NCBI RefSeq assembly: GCF_006345805.1
Contig: NC_043017.1
Coordinates: 32,054,001-32,118,000, forward strand
Direction: 5' to 3'
Source of the DNA: Octopus sinensis
Taxonomy: Eukaryota
DNA length: 64,000 nucleotides
Shown: in pieces, positions 25,499-38,126 of the stretch
How positions within the stretch are numbered: the first letter of the stretch is position 1
Layout of the letters: the number at the start of each line of letters is the position of its first letter
The notes under the pieces: model-generated
What the model saw: only the letters and a program-made list of their open reading frames with translations
Told to the model about the DNA's origin: nothing
Database searches by the model: none
Program-made: the position numbers and the translations under genes

Positions 25499-25625
25499 AT
25501 GTATATATCATATTATTATATGTATATATATATATATAATATATATATATGGATGGATGTCTATATACATATATAATTATATGTATATATATATATATAT
25601 AATATATGGATGGATGTATATATAC
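25170..25625. repeat. (TA)n-based compound minisatellite with recurring ggatggat/tatacatat motif
   Basis: The motif atggatg(g/t)...catatataattatatgt recurs about five times between (TA)n runs. Confidence 0.85.
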
Positions 25626-26214
25626 AATGCATTTACAAAACCAAGAAGGTACACACACACACACCCACGCACTTACACTAACGCATATATATATACATAC
25701 ACATACATACATACATATGAAAGAACATGAAATGGCAAAGAAAGAAAGCAAAATCTCAGCTGTTTCTTTTAAATTATATTTTATTTATGTCTTTGTATTT
25801 GTTTGTATTTGTTGTTTTTTTTCTTTCTTTTCTTCCATTTTTTGGGGTTTTTTTTTACCTTTTAATGCTTGAGATATTTAGACATTAGAATGTTCATCAC
25901 CTTTGAAACATATCACACGACAACAGCACTGGTAAAAGAGCAGAAGGAAGGAAAGAAAGAAAGAAAAGAAAGAAAGAAAGAAGGAAGGAAAGAAAGAAGG
26001 AAATGAAGGAAGGAATGAAAACCTGTATATGCTTTATATGGAACCGCTACATTCCATGTTTCAATGTTTAATTAATGATTTAATGCGTATCTAATGGAGT
26101 GGAGCTCTTTGTCGTGTGCTTGGATGTGTACGTACCTGTTTGTGTGCAGCATGCACGTAAAAAAATACACATACACACACATAACCGCTCAAACACACAC
26201 ATAACAACACGAAC

Positions 26215-26308
26215 ATGCATATATATATATATATAATATATGTATATATATATCTATATATATATATGTGCGTGTGTATGTATATATCTATATATAATTG
26301 TGTGTATG

Positions 26309-26341
<33 letters not shown>

Positions 26342-26447
26342 ATGTATATATCTATATATATATATGTGTGTATGTATATATATATATATTAATATATATA
26401 TATATGTGTGTGTGTATGTATATATCTATATATATATGTGTGTGTAG

Positions 26448-26478
<31 letters not shown>

Positions 26479-26511
26479 AGGTATATATCTATATATATAT
26501 ATGTGTGTATG

Positions 26512-26548
<37 letters not shown>

Positions 26549-26790
26549 GTATATATGTATATTATAATATATTTGTATATATGTATATGTATATATGTAT
26601 TATATATATATATATGTATATATTATATATATATATATATATGCATATATATGTATATGCATATATATATGTACTATATATATAATATATATATATAATA
26701 TATATATGTATATATATGTATATATATATTATACATATGCATATATATATATGTATGCATATATATTATATATATATATGTACGTAAACA
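26215..26790. repeat. Degenerate (TA)n/(TG)n microsatellite block
   Basis: Direct reading. Confidence 0.95.
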
Positions 26791-27061
26791 GAAAGTGCAT
26801 ACATGTGTGTATATGAGGAAGGACACCAATGTCACAATGTTGTAATGTTTTATTTAGGCTTACATTTCTTCCTACATGTGTGTTCATGTAGTACACACAT
26901 GTACCCCTCCATGTGTCAGTTTACATTTTTTGGGGGGGGGTTTTCTTGCTTCTATTTCATTCCAGCGCAAAAATCACATCTTGAAATCCCTTTTTAACAG
27001 GGTCTACCTTCCCTCCTTCTTCTTATATCTCTCACTGCCCTTTCTATCTCCCTCTCTCTCC

Positions 27062-27102
<41 letters not shown>

Positions 27103-27399
27103 CTTCTCTATTTCTTTGTTCCATTAAAGATTAATTTTTAGGTTATCTCTTATATTATTTCAATTTTTTTTTTGTCATTGTTGTTGTTGGTGTTGCCTTA
27201 CCTCCGTTTCGGAGGGTTTCTTATCTTGTTAATTTTGTTGTTTTTAATGATAATACACAGATAAATGCCCGTTTTGTGTGTCTTCGTTAAATATATTGCT
27301 TAATGGATGACCTTTTAGCAATTCATCATGCAATCAGAGTGAACACACATTCAGTGTATTTAAGTGGATACACAGCTAATTAATAAACAAAATACAACA

Positions 27400-27467
27400 A
27401 TAAAAATGCTGACGACAACAACAACGTTGGTGATCATGATTGTAATAATAATGAGGAGGAGAATAAT

Positions 27468-27500
<33 letters not shown>

Positions 27501-27518
27501 AATAATAATATTAATAAA

Positions 27519-27556
<38 letters not shown>

Positions 27557-27770
27557 TAATAATAATAATAGTAGTAGTAGTGGTGGTCGTGGTGGTCGTG
27601 GTGGTGGTCATGGTCCTGGTGGTGGTGGTGGTCGTCGTGGTCGTGAAGGTGGTGGTGGTGGTGGCCGTGGTGGTGGCCGTGGTGGTGGCGGTGGCGGTGG
27701 TGGTGGTAGAGTGCTAGTAGTAGTATCAGAAGTGCTAGTAGTTGTAGTAGGAGTAGTTGTAGTAGTAGTG

Positions 27771-27808
<38 letters not shown>

Positions 27809-27930
27809 GGTGGTGGTGGTGGTAGCAGTATTAGCAGCAGCAGCAGCTATAGTAGTAGTAGTAGTAGTATAGTAGTAGTAGTAGTAGTAGTAGGAGGAGG
27901 AGGAGGAGGAGGAGGAGGAGAAGTAGTAGT
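27400..27930. repeat. Compound trinucleotide array (AAC, AAT, GGT, AGT, GGA)
   Basis: Direct reading. Confidence 0.95.
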
Positions 27931-28198
27931 AGTTTTGTTTTTATTGGCCACAGGGGCTTGATGAGTCTTAAGAATATCAGAAAATATTAGTAGGAGTTAC
28001 AAAGAAAGGAAAGGTCAATGTGGAATGTGAAGGGGTGTGTTTATAAATTAGGAGGCCAGGGTCTAAGAGACATTATGCTGTACAGCAAAGGAAGAAATGA
28101 GAATTTTACATGCACACACATGCATGCATTTATATGTATATATAGACACATTCATGCATGCACACATATGCAATCTTATCCACACATACACACACTCG

Positions 28199-28253
<55 letters not shown>

Positions 28254-28699
28254 TATACATGTGTACACATATATGTGCACATAGATGTATGAATATATAT
28301 ACTTACAGGTGCAGGAGTGGCTGTGTTGTAAGTAGCTTGCTTACCAACCACATAGTTCTGAGTTCAGTCCTTTTGGGTGAATTTGGTAGATGAAAACTTG
28401 AAAGAAGCCCATCATGTGTATATATAAATATGACAACCAATTACCTCCCTTTATTTATCTACTTGTGAAGTCACTCACTCGTGAATTTCATCACATACAA
28501 CATGGACCAAATTTCTTCTTAAGAAAAATATATATATTCAAATAAGTAAAACATAATATCATGAATAGCGATAGCGAAACGGTCGATATATTAAAAATTA
28601 TATTAAAACTATGTAAGTGTGCATATTTTCCTTTTTTAATTTCTTATATACATTACAACTCACCACGTGGGGATAATCGAAATTCCTCTTTTCTGTTAC

Positions 28700-28756
<57 letters not shown>

Positions 28757-28766
28757 CATACATATA

Positions 28767-28821
<55 letters not shown>

Positions 28822-29224
28822 GCATGTGTGTATGCTTGTGTGTCTGTGTTCATCCCCCACCATCGCTTGACAACCGATGCTGGTGTGTTTACATCCCTGT
28901 AGCTTAGAGGTTCAGCAAAATAGACTGATAAAATAAGTACTAGGCTTACAAAGAATAAGTCTTAGGGTCGATTTGTTTGACTAAAGGCAGTGCTTCAGCA
29001 TGGTCAGAGTCAAATGACTGAAACAAGTAAAAGAGTTAAAAAAGATATACAGAATGTGGTGAATAAACTGTCATCTAAATTATGCAAAAATGGAAATAGA
29101 TAAAGTAGTATAAGTCACAAAATAACTAAAATGATATAAATGAGATATAATTGAAATAAAAATTTAGAAATCTTTATAGCTAGGATTAGTTAGGATATGC
29201 CATAAGCCCCTACACCATTTCTTA

Positions 29225-29556
29225 AATAATGTTCCGAGTGAAATGGAAGCATCATCCAACCAAAATGCAAATATATGGGAAACTACCACCTGTGTCATCT
29301 CTTGTGAAAGGTAGGAGAGTCCAGTTTGCTGGACACTGTTGTAGAGCTAAAAACGAAGTAATTTCTACTCTTCTCCTCTGGAAGCCATCTACTCGCAATA
29401 CTAGAGGGTGTACGCTCTCCTACACTGATGTAATCTCCAGGGATACAGGCATCCAGCAACAGGACCTCCGTAATGCTATGATGGACCGTGAAGTCTGGCA
29501 TAGCATGGTAAATTCCATTGTCTCGACCACGGTTGAACAATGATGATGATGATGAA
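29225..29556 (+). mobile_element. RTE/RTEX-type LINE 3' fragment with (TGA)n tail
   Basis: VKWKHHPTKMQIYGKLPPVSSLVKGRRVQFAGHCCRA...LLLWKP...DLRNAMMDREVW, then tgatgatgatg. Confidence 0.85.
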
Positions 29557-29661
29557 ATGGAATGCACCAGTGAGTATTTGTTGAGCCATTTATTGTTGAG
29601 AAACATTGGTCTTATGAATGTAACTTTTTAAAAGTTCAATATAATACTGTACTTTTAATTT

Positions 29662-30067
29662 TACTCTCTTTACTCTTTACTCTTTTACTTGTTTCAGTCA
29701 GTTGACTGCGGCCATGCTGGAGCACCGCCTTTAGTCGAGCAACTCGACCCCAAGACTTATTCTTTTGTAAGCCTAGTACTTATTCTATCGGTCTCTTTTG
29801 CCGAACCGCTAAGTGACGGGGACATAAACACACCAGCATCGGTTGTCAAGCAATGCTAGGGGGACAAACACAGACACATACACATACATGTATATATACA
29901 TATATACGACGGGCTTCTTTCAGTTTCCATCTACCAAATCCACTCACAAGGCTTTGGTCAACCCGAGGCTATAGTAGAAGACACTTGCCCAAGGTGCCAC
30001 GCAGTGGGACTGAACCTGGAACCATGTGGTTGGTAAGCAAGCTACTTACCACACAGCCACTCCTGCA
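29662..30067 (-). mobile_element. SINE family A, full-length young copy
   Basis: Co-linear with family consensus. Confidence 0.92.
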
Positions 30068-30349
30068 CTACTATTAATCTATTTTTTGCATGTTGTTTAT
30101 ATGCTGAAGCAGATAATTTTGGTGGGAAGAATTTAGCTCCACAGATGCATAATTTTGTGTATTATAGGTTGTTTGATTTTCAAAGAATGGTGAACTTTTG
30201 TTTATATTTCCTTCATCATTTTCTTGAGGAATGATTTTGTACTCATTTAGAATAAATTGTTCTTCCTTACCCGTTTGTGTTGTTCTCTATAGAATTGTTT
30301 TTCTGCAACATTTTTTAATTCTTTTTCCCCATTACATCTTCATCTACAG

Positions 30350-30405
30350 ATCATCGTACCTTTCCCATCATACCTTTCCCATCAAATCTTCAGCCTCATT
30401 TGAAG
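30350..30405 (+). CDS. Candidate exon (phase 2 to 1): SSYLSHHTFPIKSSASFE
   Basis: Long pyrimidine tract ...cattacatcttcatctacag|, strong donor GAAG|gtaagg; phase matches both 8813-8990 and 30657-30776. Confidence 0.45.
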
Positions 30406-30656
30406 GTAAGGGGATGATCATTTGTTACTTTGACAAATATAAAAATTAAGCTTCCTGCCGGGATAATCAATCACAACCTCTTTATCCCCGAACCGTCTCC
30501 AGGGAACAATTCTGCTATGGAACATGGAGCTGTTAGTGGTCAATAGGAATCATTAGGTTTTGGGGCCTCTGTGACCTTTGGGGATCATTTGGACTTGAAA
30601 CTTCAATTTAATGGTCCATAACTACAAGTTACCCTTGGCTAACCCTGCTTTGGCAG

Positions 30657-30776
30657 ATGTTCCAATACTGCAACATAAAAGACACAGAAGCTATTGGAAC
30701 TATGCTGTGTCCAGCATTTCTTATTATAACATTTGGGCTTCGTTGATTCATATTCAACACAAACGTATAATAAGAG
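30657..30776 (+). CDS. Candidate exon (phase 1 to 1): (D)VPILQHKRHRSYWNYAVSSISYYNIWASLIHIQHKRIIR
   Basis: Acceptor accctgctttggcag|, donor AGAG|gtatgt. 120 nt with only one open frame, in phase with the previous candidate. Confidence 0.45.
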
Positions 30777-30829
30777 GTATGTCTGACAATTTCAGCTTGT
30801 GTTCTGACTGTGGTTTCAGTTTTACACAT

Positions 30830-31145
30830 TAAAAGAAAAGCAACATTCAAACGTGGCAGATGCCAGCACCGCCTGACTGGTGTCCATGTCAGTGACATGT
30901 AAAAGCAACAACCGATCATAGCCGTTTGCCAGTCTCCTCTGGCCCCTGTACCGGTGGCACGTAAAAAGCACCCACTACACTCACGGTGTGGTTGGCATTA
31001 GGAAGGGCATCCAGCTGTAGAAACACTGCCAGATCAGACTGGTGCCTGGTGCAGCCTCCTGGCTTCTCAGACCCCAGTCGAACCGTCCAACCCATGCTAG
31101 CATAGAAAACGAACGTTAAATGATAATGATGATGATGATGATGAT
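30830..31145 (+). mobile_element. SINE-like family B copy with (GAT)n tail
   Basis: ...ggttggcattaggaagggcatccagctgtagaaacactgcc...aacccatgctagcatagaaaacgaacgttaaatgataatgatgat. Confidence 0.85.
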
Positions 31146-31451
31146 TACTTTATCAAGTGTAATGCTTATTTATTTTGAATTAACCTTGCATTATCTTGTA
31201 GCTTGAAAATTTTCAATGATGTGGTTGTATATTTTTAGAATGATATTGTAGAGTAGGTGTGAAAGGCCTCATCTGGCCAGCCTCAACATAGAACAGGGAG
31301 AATATTTGAGCTGGTTTAAATGCTAAAGTGTTTCAGGTACAATAAATTTTGCCATAGATTTTCCCTTTCATAATTGTGACGATGACAACTTCATCTAATG
31401 TCTGTTACACAGAGAGCTTTATTGTACTACTTTAAATGAGGGGAAACAGTA

Positions 31452-32278
31452 ACCCTTTTGATATCAACCCCACTGAAACCGCCTCTGGCTCTGTAGTACA
31501 AATGTCTTGTTTTCAAAAGTTTTGAATTAAAATCTTCCACCCAACTTTAGTCGCAATTTATGTTCCTAAAACTACCTTAATGATAATCAAGTTATTTTAC
31601 TAAATTCTTTGTTATATTCTCTTTACTCTTTACTCTTTTACTTGTTTCAGTCATTTGACTGCGGCCATGCTGGAGCACCGCCTTTAGTCGAGCAAATCGA
31701 CCCCGGGACTTATTTTATCGGTCTCTTTTGCCGGACCGCTAAGTGACGGGGACGTAAACACACCAGCATTGGTTATCAAGCAATGCTAGAGGGACAAACA
31801 CAGACACACAAACATATACACACACATACATATATATATATATATATGGTCTTCCCTTCTCGGGATCTTTCCTTCTCCTATGTTTTCGACGAAGAGCTCC
31901 GCTCGAAACGTCAAACCCTCCTTCTTCCCTGCTTTCCTGACCGTCCAATAATACTTTATTTGTTCCACGTCCTTGCGTCGTTGTTTTTTTGTTTTCTTGT
32001 TTGGATTAACTTCATATATATATATATATATACATATATATGACAGGCTTCTTTCAGTTTCCGTCTACCAAATCCACTCACAAGGCTTTGGTCGGTCCGA
32101 TGCTATAGCAGAAGACACTTGCACAAGATGCCATGCAGTGGGACTGAACCCAGAACCATGTGGTTGGTAAGCAAGCTACTTACCACACAGCCACTCCTGC
32201 ACCTTGAAAATTAAATTATATTGAAAATTAATTGAAAGAAACACAGAGCATCTCAATAGAGATATGGTAACAAAAGGG
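31452..32278 (+). mobile_element. piggyBac-type MITE containing a family A SINE (~31620-32200), which contains a hammerhead-bearing pLTR-like repeat (~31845-32012)
   Basis: gtaa|cccttttg ... caaaaggg|ttaa termini; the inner repeat sits in the SINE's (TA)n tract. Confidence 0.65.
31882..31917 (+). ncRNA. Minimal hammerhead-like motif, degenerate at core positions 3-4
   Basis: gttt-TCGACGA-A-GAGC-tcc-GCTC-GAAAC-GTC-aaac; the sister copy at 62174-62209 keeps CTGACGA. Confidence 0.6.
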
Positions 32279-33044
32279 TTAATCTGCTTAAAGGTTTCTC
32301 TGAAAGCTAAGGTATCTAATTCTTCTCTACCACTCCTGCCTAATCTCTTGTAGCAAAGAATTGCTGTTGGCTTTTACAATTTTCTCCCATCAACCACATT
32401 TTTCTTATAACTGTAAACGGTTTGCAAATTCTATCTCTTAACTTTATTTTGAGTGAAAGTTTGTCTTCATATAACTTCTATTCTAACAGAACACATATCT
32501 GCTATTCTAATTAGAACACAGTTACTAATGCCATTGTTGTTGCTACCATTAGTCTGCCACAGTATTTCTATGAGTATTTGGATTATCTTGTTCCAATTAT
32601 TATTTTTCTTAATTCTCTTATACAATTAGATGACATTTTCATTTTATGTTGTTTTTTTTTTTTTAGCAATTGTAGTGTTTTATGGTGTAATTATGTGCAG
32701 TAGTCATCTTGGATTTAGAAATACTATATAGGCGCAGGAGTGGCTGTGTGGTAAGCAGCTTGCTAACCAACCACATGGTTCCAGGTTCATTCCCACTGCA
32801 TGTCTACTATAGCCTCGGGCCAACCAAAGCCTTGTGAGTGGATTTGGTAGATGGAAATTGAAAGAAGCCTGTCGTATATATGTATATATATGTATATATG
32901 TATGTGTGTTTGTGTTTTTTTCACCCCTAAATATTTATAATTGAATATAAACTCCTTAGTTACTATAATTTATTAGTTTCTTTTGCATATTCTTAGTTTA
33001 TGCATGTGTATGCAAATATAGTATTGGTATATCCCATTTATACT

Positions 33045-33410
33045 CTTACTCTTTCTCTTTTACTCTTTCACTTGATTCAGTCATTTGACTGCGACCATGC
33101 TGGAGCACCGCCTTTAATCGAGCAACTTGACCCCGGGACTTATTCTTTTGTAAGCTCAGTACTTATTCTATCGGTTGTCAAGCAATGCTAGGGGGACAAA
33201 CACAGACACACAAACACACACACATGCATATATATATATACATATATACGACGGGCTTCTTTCAGTTTCCGTCTACCAAATCCACTCACAAGGCTTTGGT
33301 CAGCCCGAGGCTATAGTAGAAGACACCTGCCCAAGGTGCCACGCAGTGGGACTGAACCTGGAACCATGTGGTTGGTAAACAAGCTACTTACCACACAGCC
33401 ACTCCTGCGC
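33045..33410 (-). mobile_element. SINE family A copy with internal deletion
   Basis: Lacks the ctcttttgccgaaccgctaag segment present in other copies. Confidence 0.88.
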
Positions 33411-33821
33411 CCATTCATTAGAAATTATGTTCATTAGAAATTAAATAAATAATTTTGACATATACGAATATTTGTTTGCCCCCACTGTAGTTTAAATTTA
33501 CAGAAAATGAAAGATGAAGACAGGTGAAGGAACAACAAGTAGGTGTATTAGTTTAATGCTCAGAGAGAAAGGGAAAGGTTTTGATGCTTTGAATTTATAT
33601 TCTTTAACAGAAAGGGGTAAGAGGAAAAGAATGGAGCGAGATTGAACAAAAGATTGAACAAACCAGAGACAGATAATGTGTGGAGATTAACAGCTTGACA
33701 TGATGAAATGGCTGAAAGAAAGAGGCTGAGTGAAAGGGAGATAATAACAGTAACCAAGATGAACTAGGGTGTGCAAGTGCCTGTGTTTATCTGAGAATAT
33801 ATATCTATATATGTGTGTATA

Positions 33822-34240
33822 AGGTGGCGAGCTGGCAGACACATTAGTGCGCCGGGCGAAATGCTTAATGGTATTTTGTCCTTTGTTACATTCTGAGTTC
33901 AAATTCCACCGAGGTCGACTTTGCCTTTCATCCTTTCGACGTCAATAAATTAAGTACCAGTTTTGCACTGGGGTCGATGTAATCGACTTAATCCATTTGT
34001 CTGTCCTTGTTTGTCCCCTCTGTGTTTAGCCCCTTGTGGGTAGTAAAGAAATAATTATTTTGTCTGTCGTTACATTCTGAGTTCAAATTCAGACGAGGTC
34101 GACTTTGCCTTTCATCCTTTCGGGGTCGATAAATAAAGTACCAGTTTCGCACTGGGGTCGATGTAATCGACTTAATCCCATTGTCTATCCTTGTTTGTCC
34201 CCTCTATGTTTAACCCCTTGTGGGCAATAAAGAAATATAT
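33822..34240 (+). mobile_element. tRNA-headed SINE family C (gtcgactttgcctttcatcctttcggggtcgataaa domain), head plus duplicated body
   Basis: aaggtggcgagctggcag head. Other copies at ~42463, 51685(-), 54070, 55440(-), 58305(-) and 60714. Confidence 0.88.
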
Positions 34241-34499
34241 ATGTGTGTGTGTTTGTGAGAATATATATATATAAGTGTGTGTGTTCTTGTATCCGTGTTT
34301 GACTTCTACCCCCACTTGACAACCGATGTTGGTGTGTTTATGTCCCCATAACTTAGTGGTTCGACAAAAGAGACCGATAGAATAAGTACCAGGGTTGATT
34401 CATCCAACTTAAAATTCTTCAAGTCATGGCCATAGTCTTATAGCTGAAACCAATAAAAGACAAAAGAAAAAGACAAAGTAAAAACATAAATATCATACA

Positions 34500-35334
34500 G
34501 GCACAGGAGTGGCTGTGTGGTAAGTAGCTTGTCTACCAACAACATGGTTCCGGGTTCAGTCCCATTGCGTGGCACCATGGGCAAGTGTCTTCTGCTATAG
34601 CCTCGGGCCGACCAAAGCCTTGTGAGTGGATTTGGTAGACGGAAACTGAAAAGAAGCCCATCGTATATATGTATATATATGTATGTATGTGCGTGTGTGT
34701 TTGTGTGTCTGTGTTTGTCCCCCTAGCATTGCTTGATAACCGATGCTGGTGTGTTTACGTCCTTGTTACTTAGTGGTTCGGCAAAAGAGACTGATAGAAT
34801 AAGTGCTGGGCTTTCAAAAGAATAAGTCCCGGGGTCGAGTTGTTCGATTAAAGGCGGTGCTCCAGCATGGCCGCAGTCAAATGACTGAAACAAGTAAAAG
34901 AGTAAAGAGTATACAGGCGCAGGAGTGGCTGTGTGGTAAGTAGCTTGTTTACCAACCACATGGTTCCGGGTTCAGTCACACTGCATGGCACCTTGGGCAA
35001 GTGTCTTCTACTATAGCCTCGGGCTGACCAAAGCCTTGTGAGTGGATTTGGTAGACGGAAACTGAAAGAAGCCCGTCGTATATATGTATATATATATATG
35101 CGTGTGTGTGTTTGTGTGTCTGTGTTTGTCCCCCTAGCATTGCTTGACAACTGATGCTGGTGTGTTTATGTCCCCGTTACTTAGCGGTTCAGCAAAAAAG
35201 AGACCGATAGAATAAGTACTGGGCTTACAAAAAAGAATAAGTCCTGGGGTCGAGTTGCTCGATTAAAATAAAGGCGGTGCTCCAGCATGGCCACAGTCAA
35301 ATGACTGAAACAAGAAAAAGAGTAAAAGAGAGTA
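34500..35334 (+). mobile_element. Two tandem full-length SINE family A copies (34500-34911, 34916-35334)
   Basis: Each starts ggc(a/g)caggagtggctgtgtggtaag and ends in a gagtaaaagagta tail. Confidence 0.93.
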
Positions 35335-35719
35335 AATGTAAATATCATACAGATCAGGAGTGATGAGGTTAGGTAGATACTCCAGAATGGTATATACTCC
35401 ACAAATATCAAAGAGTACCATTCAGCAGAGTACAATTCAAAGAGTACAAAGAGTACACGTCTTTGCAAAAGGAATATATTGTATTCTTTTTGTAAAATAT
35501 TTCTGTTTGTGGAAGAAAAGCAACAATGAAACCACTTGTGGTGCTTCTAGGAAATAGCAGTTAATCGAATTACTCTATTTTATCATCTTAGACAAAGAAC
35601 TGTAGATATTGGTGCTGTGTGTGTTTTAGAAGAAAAAAAAAAAAATACGATTGAATAGCCGTAGATGGAATGGCACTGAATGTAGATCTATCTTCTTGAT
35701 CAGAACTGAGCTGACGTTA

Positions 35720-35802
35720 ACCATCATCGTCAGCATCATCTTGGTCTTATCATTATCATCACCATCATCATCATCTTTGTTATCATCATCATCATCATCA
35801 AA

Positions 35803-35840
<38 letters not shown>

Positions 35841-35914
35841 CATTGCTACTACCATTACTACTACTTCTACTATCAGCGCCATCACCACCACTATTACAAC
35901 CGCTGCTGCTGTTA

Positions 35915-35947
<33 letters not shown>

Positions 35948-36014
35948 TTACTACTACTACTACTACTACTACTACTACCACTACTACCACCACCACCACC
36001 ACTACTACTACCAT

Positions 36015-36059
<45 letters not shown>

Positions 36060-36828
36060 CACCACCACTACTACTACTACTACCATTACTACTACTACTA
36101 CTATACTACTACTACTAATACTACTACTACTACTACTACCACTACCATCATTACAGCTATTGCTTGTGTAAATATTGCCCAGACAGTAAGATAACATTGA
36201 TAATGACATCCAAGGAAGACAGTCAAATGTGCAGAGGATGGTGTTGTGTTGAGGGAACTTGCAAGAATTCATGGAATCAAGATGAGGATGAGAGGAAAGG
36301 AGGAGGATGATGCTGACGATGAGGCAGAGGAGGATTACAGGTGATGAGGATTAGGATGCTGGTTGTGATACATGAAGGTGGTAGTGGACATAATGCGAAG
36401 GAAGGGTTATGATGATGGTGGTGGTGGTGGTGGATAGCGAGGATGATAATAGTTGACTAACAAGTTAAGAACAGTGATGAGGAAGGTGAGGTAGCAGGTG
36501 CTGATGATGATGAGGATGATGATGACGACGATGACAAAGACAACAATGATGATAAAGATGATAACAATGATGGTGGGTATGGTGATGGTGATGATGATGA
36601 TAATGGTGATAATGATTATGATGATGATGACGATGACAATGATGATGATGTTGACGATGATGATGGTGGTGTTGATGGTGATGATGATGATGATGATGAT
36701 CATGATCATGATGATGATCATGATCATGATCATGATGATGATGATGATGGTGGTGGTGGTGTTGATGATGGTGATGATGATGATGTTGATGATGATGATG
36801 GTGTTGATGATGAAGATGATGATGATAA

Positions 36829-36860
<32 letters not shown>

Positions 36861-37250
36861 ATGACGGTGATGATCATGGTGATGATGATGGTGATGATGA
36901 CGACGTTGATGATGATGACGGTGACGATGACGGTGATGATTGTGATGATGACGATGATGGTGATGATGACAGTGATGATGGTGATGATGATGGTGATGAT
37001 AATGGTGATGATGACGGTGATGATGATGATGGTGATGATGGTGATGATGATGATGATGGTGGTGGTGATGATGATGGTGGTGGTGGTGATGATGATGATG
37101 TGATGATGATGATGATGGTGGTGGTGGTGATGATGATGATGATGATGTTGATGGTGATGATGATGAGGAGGAGGAGGTCAAAGAACAATTGCACCAATGA
37201 TGACAAAGATGATGACAACAGCTATGATGATAAGGATGACACAAAATGAT
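35720..37250. repeat. Large trinucleotide arrays (ATC/ACT/ACC, then GAT/GGT)
   Basis: Direct reading; source of the poly-His, poly-Met, poly-Val and poly-Leu ORFs. Confidence 0.96.
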
Positions 37251-37734
37251 GATTGTTATTCAGTAGAATGCTGTCAATACAATCCCTAACATGACCAACC
37301 CCAGTGAGAATAAAAATGGTAAGTTGCTTCCACCTATCTTCTGCGAAATTCGATCTTGGAACAAAACGGACAAGAACACTAACTCTTTACTACGATGCAT
37401 GTTACTGCATTACATATGAACTTCCAACTAATTTAACAGCTCTAATTAACAGAATTACACTTGATAATTTGGATAATATCATTACTATGTTACAATTGCT
37501 AATGAACATTACACTGTAAATGTCATTTCACAATTTATTCTCATACTAAAAGCAGAAGTAGCTAACGAGGACTTAGTGAATGCACGTGGTGAAAGTATGC
37601 CTTTATATTGCAGAAAAATGACACCAGGGACCCTTAGGTTTGAGCCCAGGGTGGGTCAGGTTCTGTAAGGCTTTTATGTACTTGAAGAGCTGTTAGTAGT
37701 GTCCCCCTTGGGGGAGAGTGTTTTATCGGTGTTG

Positions 37735-38126
37735 GTGGAGGCACAATGGCCCAGTGGTTAGGGCAGCGGACTCTCGGTCGTAGGATCGCGGTTTCGATTC
37801 CCAGACCGGGCGTTGTGAGTGTTTATTGAGCGAAAACACCTAAAGCTCCATGAGGCTCCGGCAGGGGATGGTGGTGATCCCTGCTGTACTCTTTCACCAC
37901 AACTTTCTCTCACTCTTTCTTCCTGTTTCTGTTGTACCTGTATTTCAAGGGACCGGCCTTGTCACTCTCTGTGTCACGCTGAATATCCCCGAGAACTACG
38001 TTAAGGGTACACGTGTCTGTGGAGTGCTCAGCCACTTACATGTTAATTTCACGAGCAGGCTGTTCCGTTGGTCGGATCAACCGGAACCCTCATCGTCGTA
38101 ACCGACGGAGTGCTTCCATCATCCAT
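37735..38126 (+). mobile_element. SINE family D inserted in the R4 element, with ~13-bp TSD
   Basis: tttatcggtgttg before and tttatcagtgttg after. Confidence 0.9.

Noticed and set aside
27195-27225. ctccg-ttt-cggag hairpin followed by T-rich sequence (terminator-like), overlapping a minus-strand gtaagg donor
   Set aside because: Only 5-6 bp, expected by chance; bacterial terminators are irrelevant here and no credible acceptor exists.
30760-30780. KR|IIRG as a trypsin-type activation site
   Set aside because: No downstream exon with CGG, TAAHC or GDSGG motifs was found in the window.
36407-37244. Long poly-His, poly-Met and poly-Ile ORFs (up to 259 aa)
   Set aside because: Reading frames of a (GAT/GGT)n array, open on both strands because of repeat composition; no splice or codon evidence.
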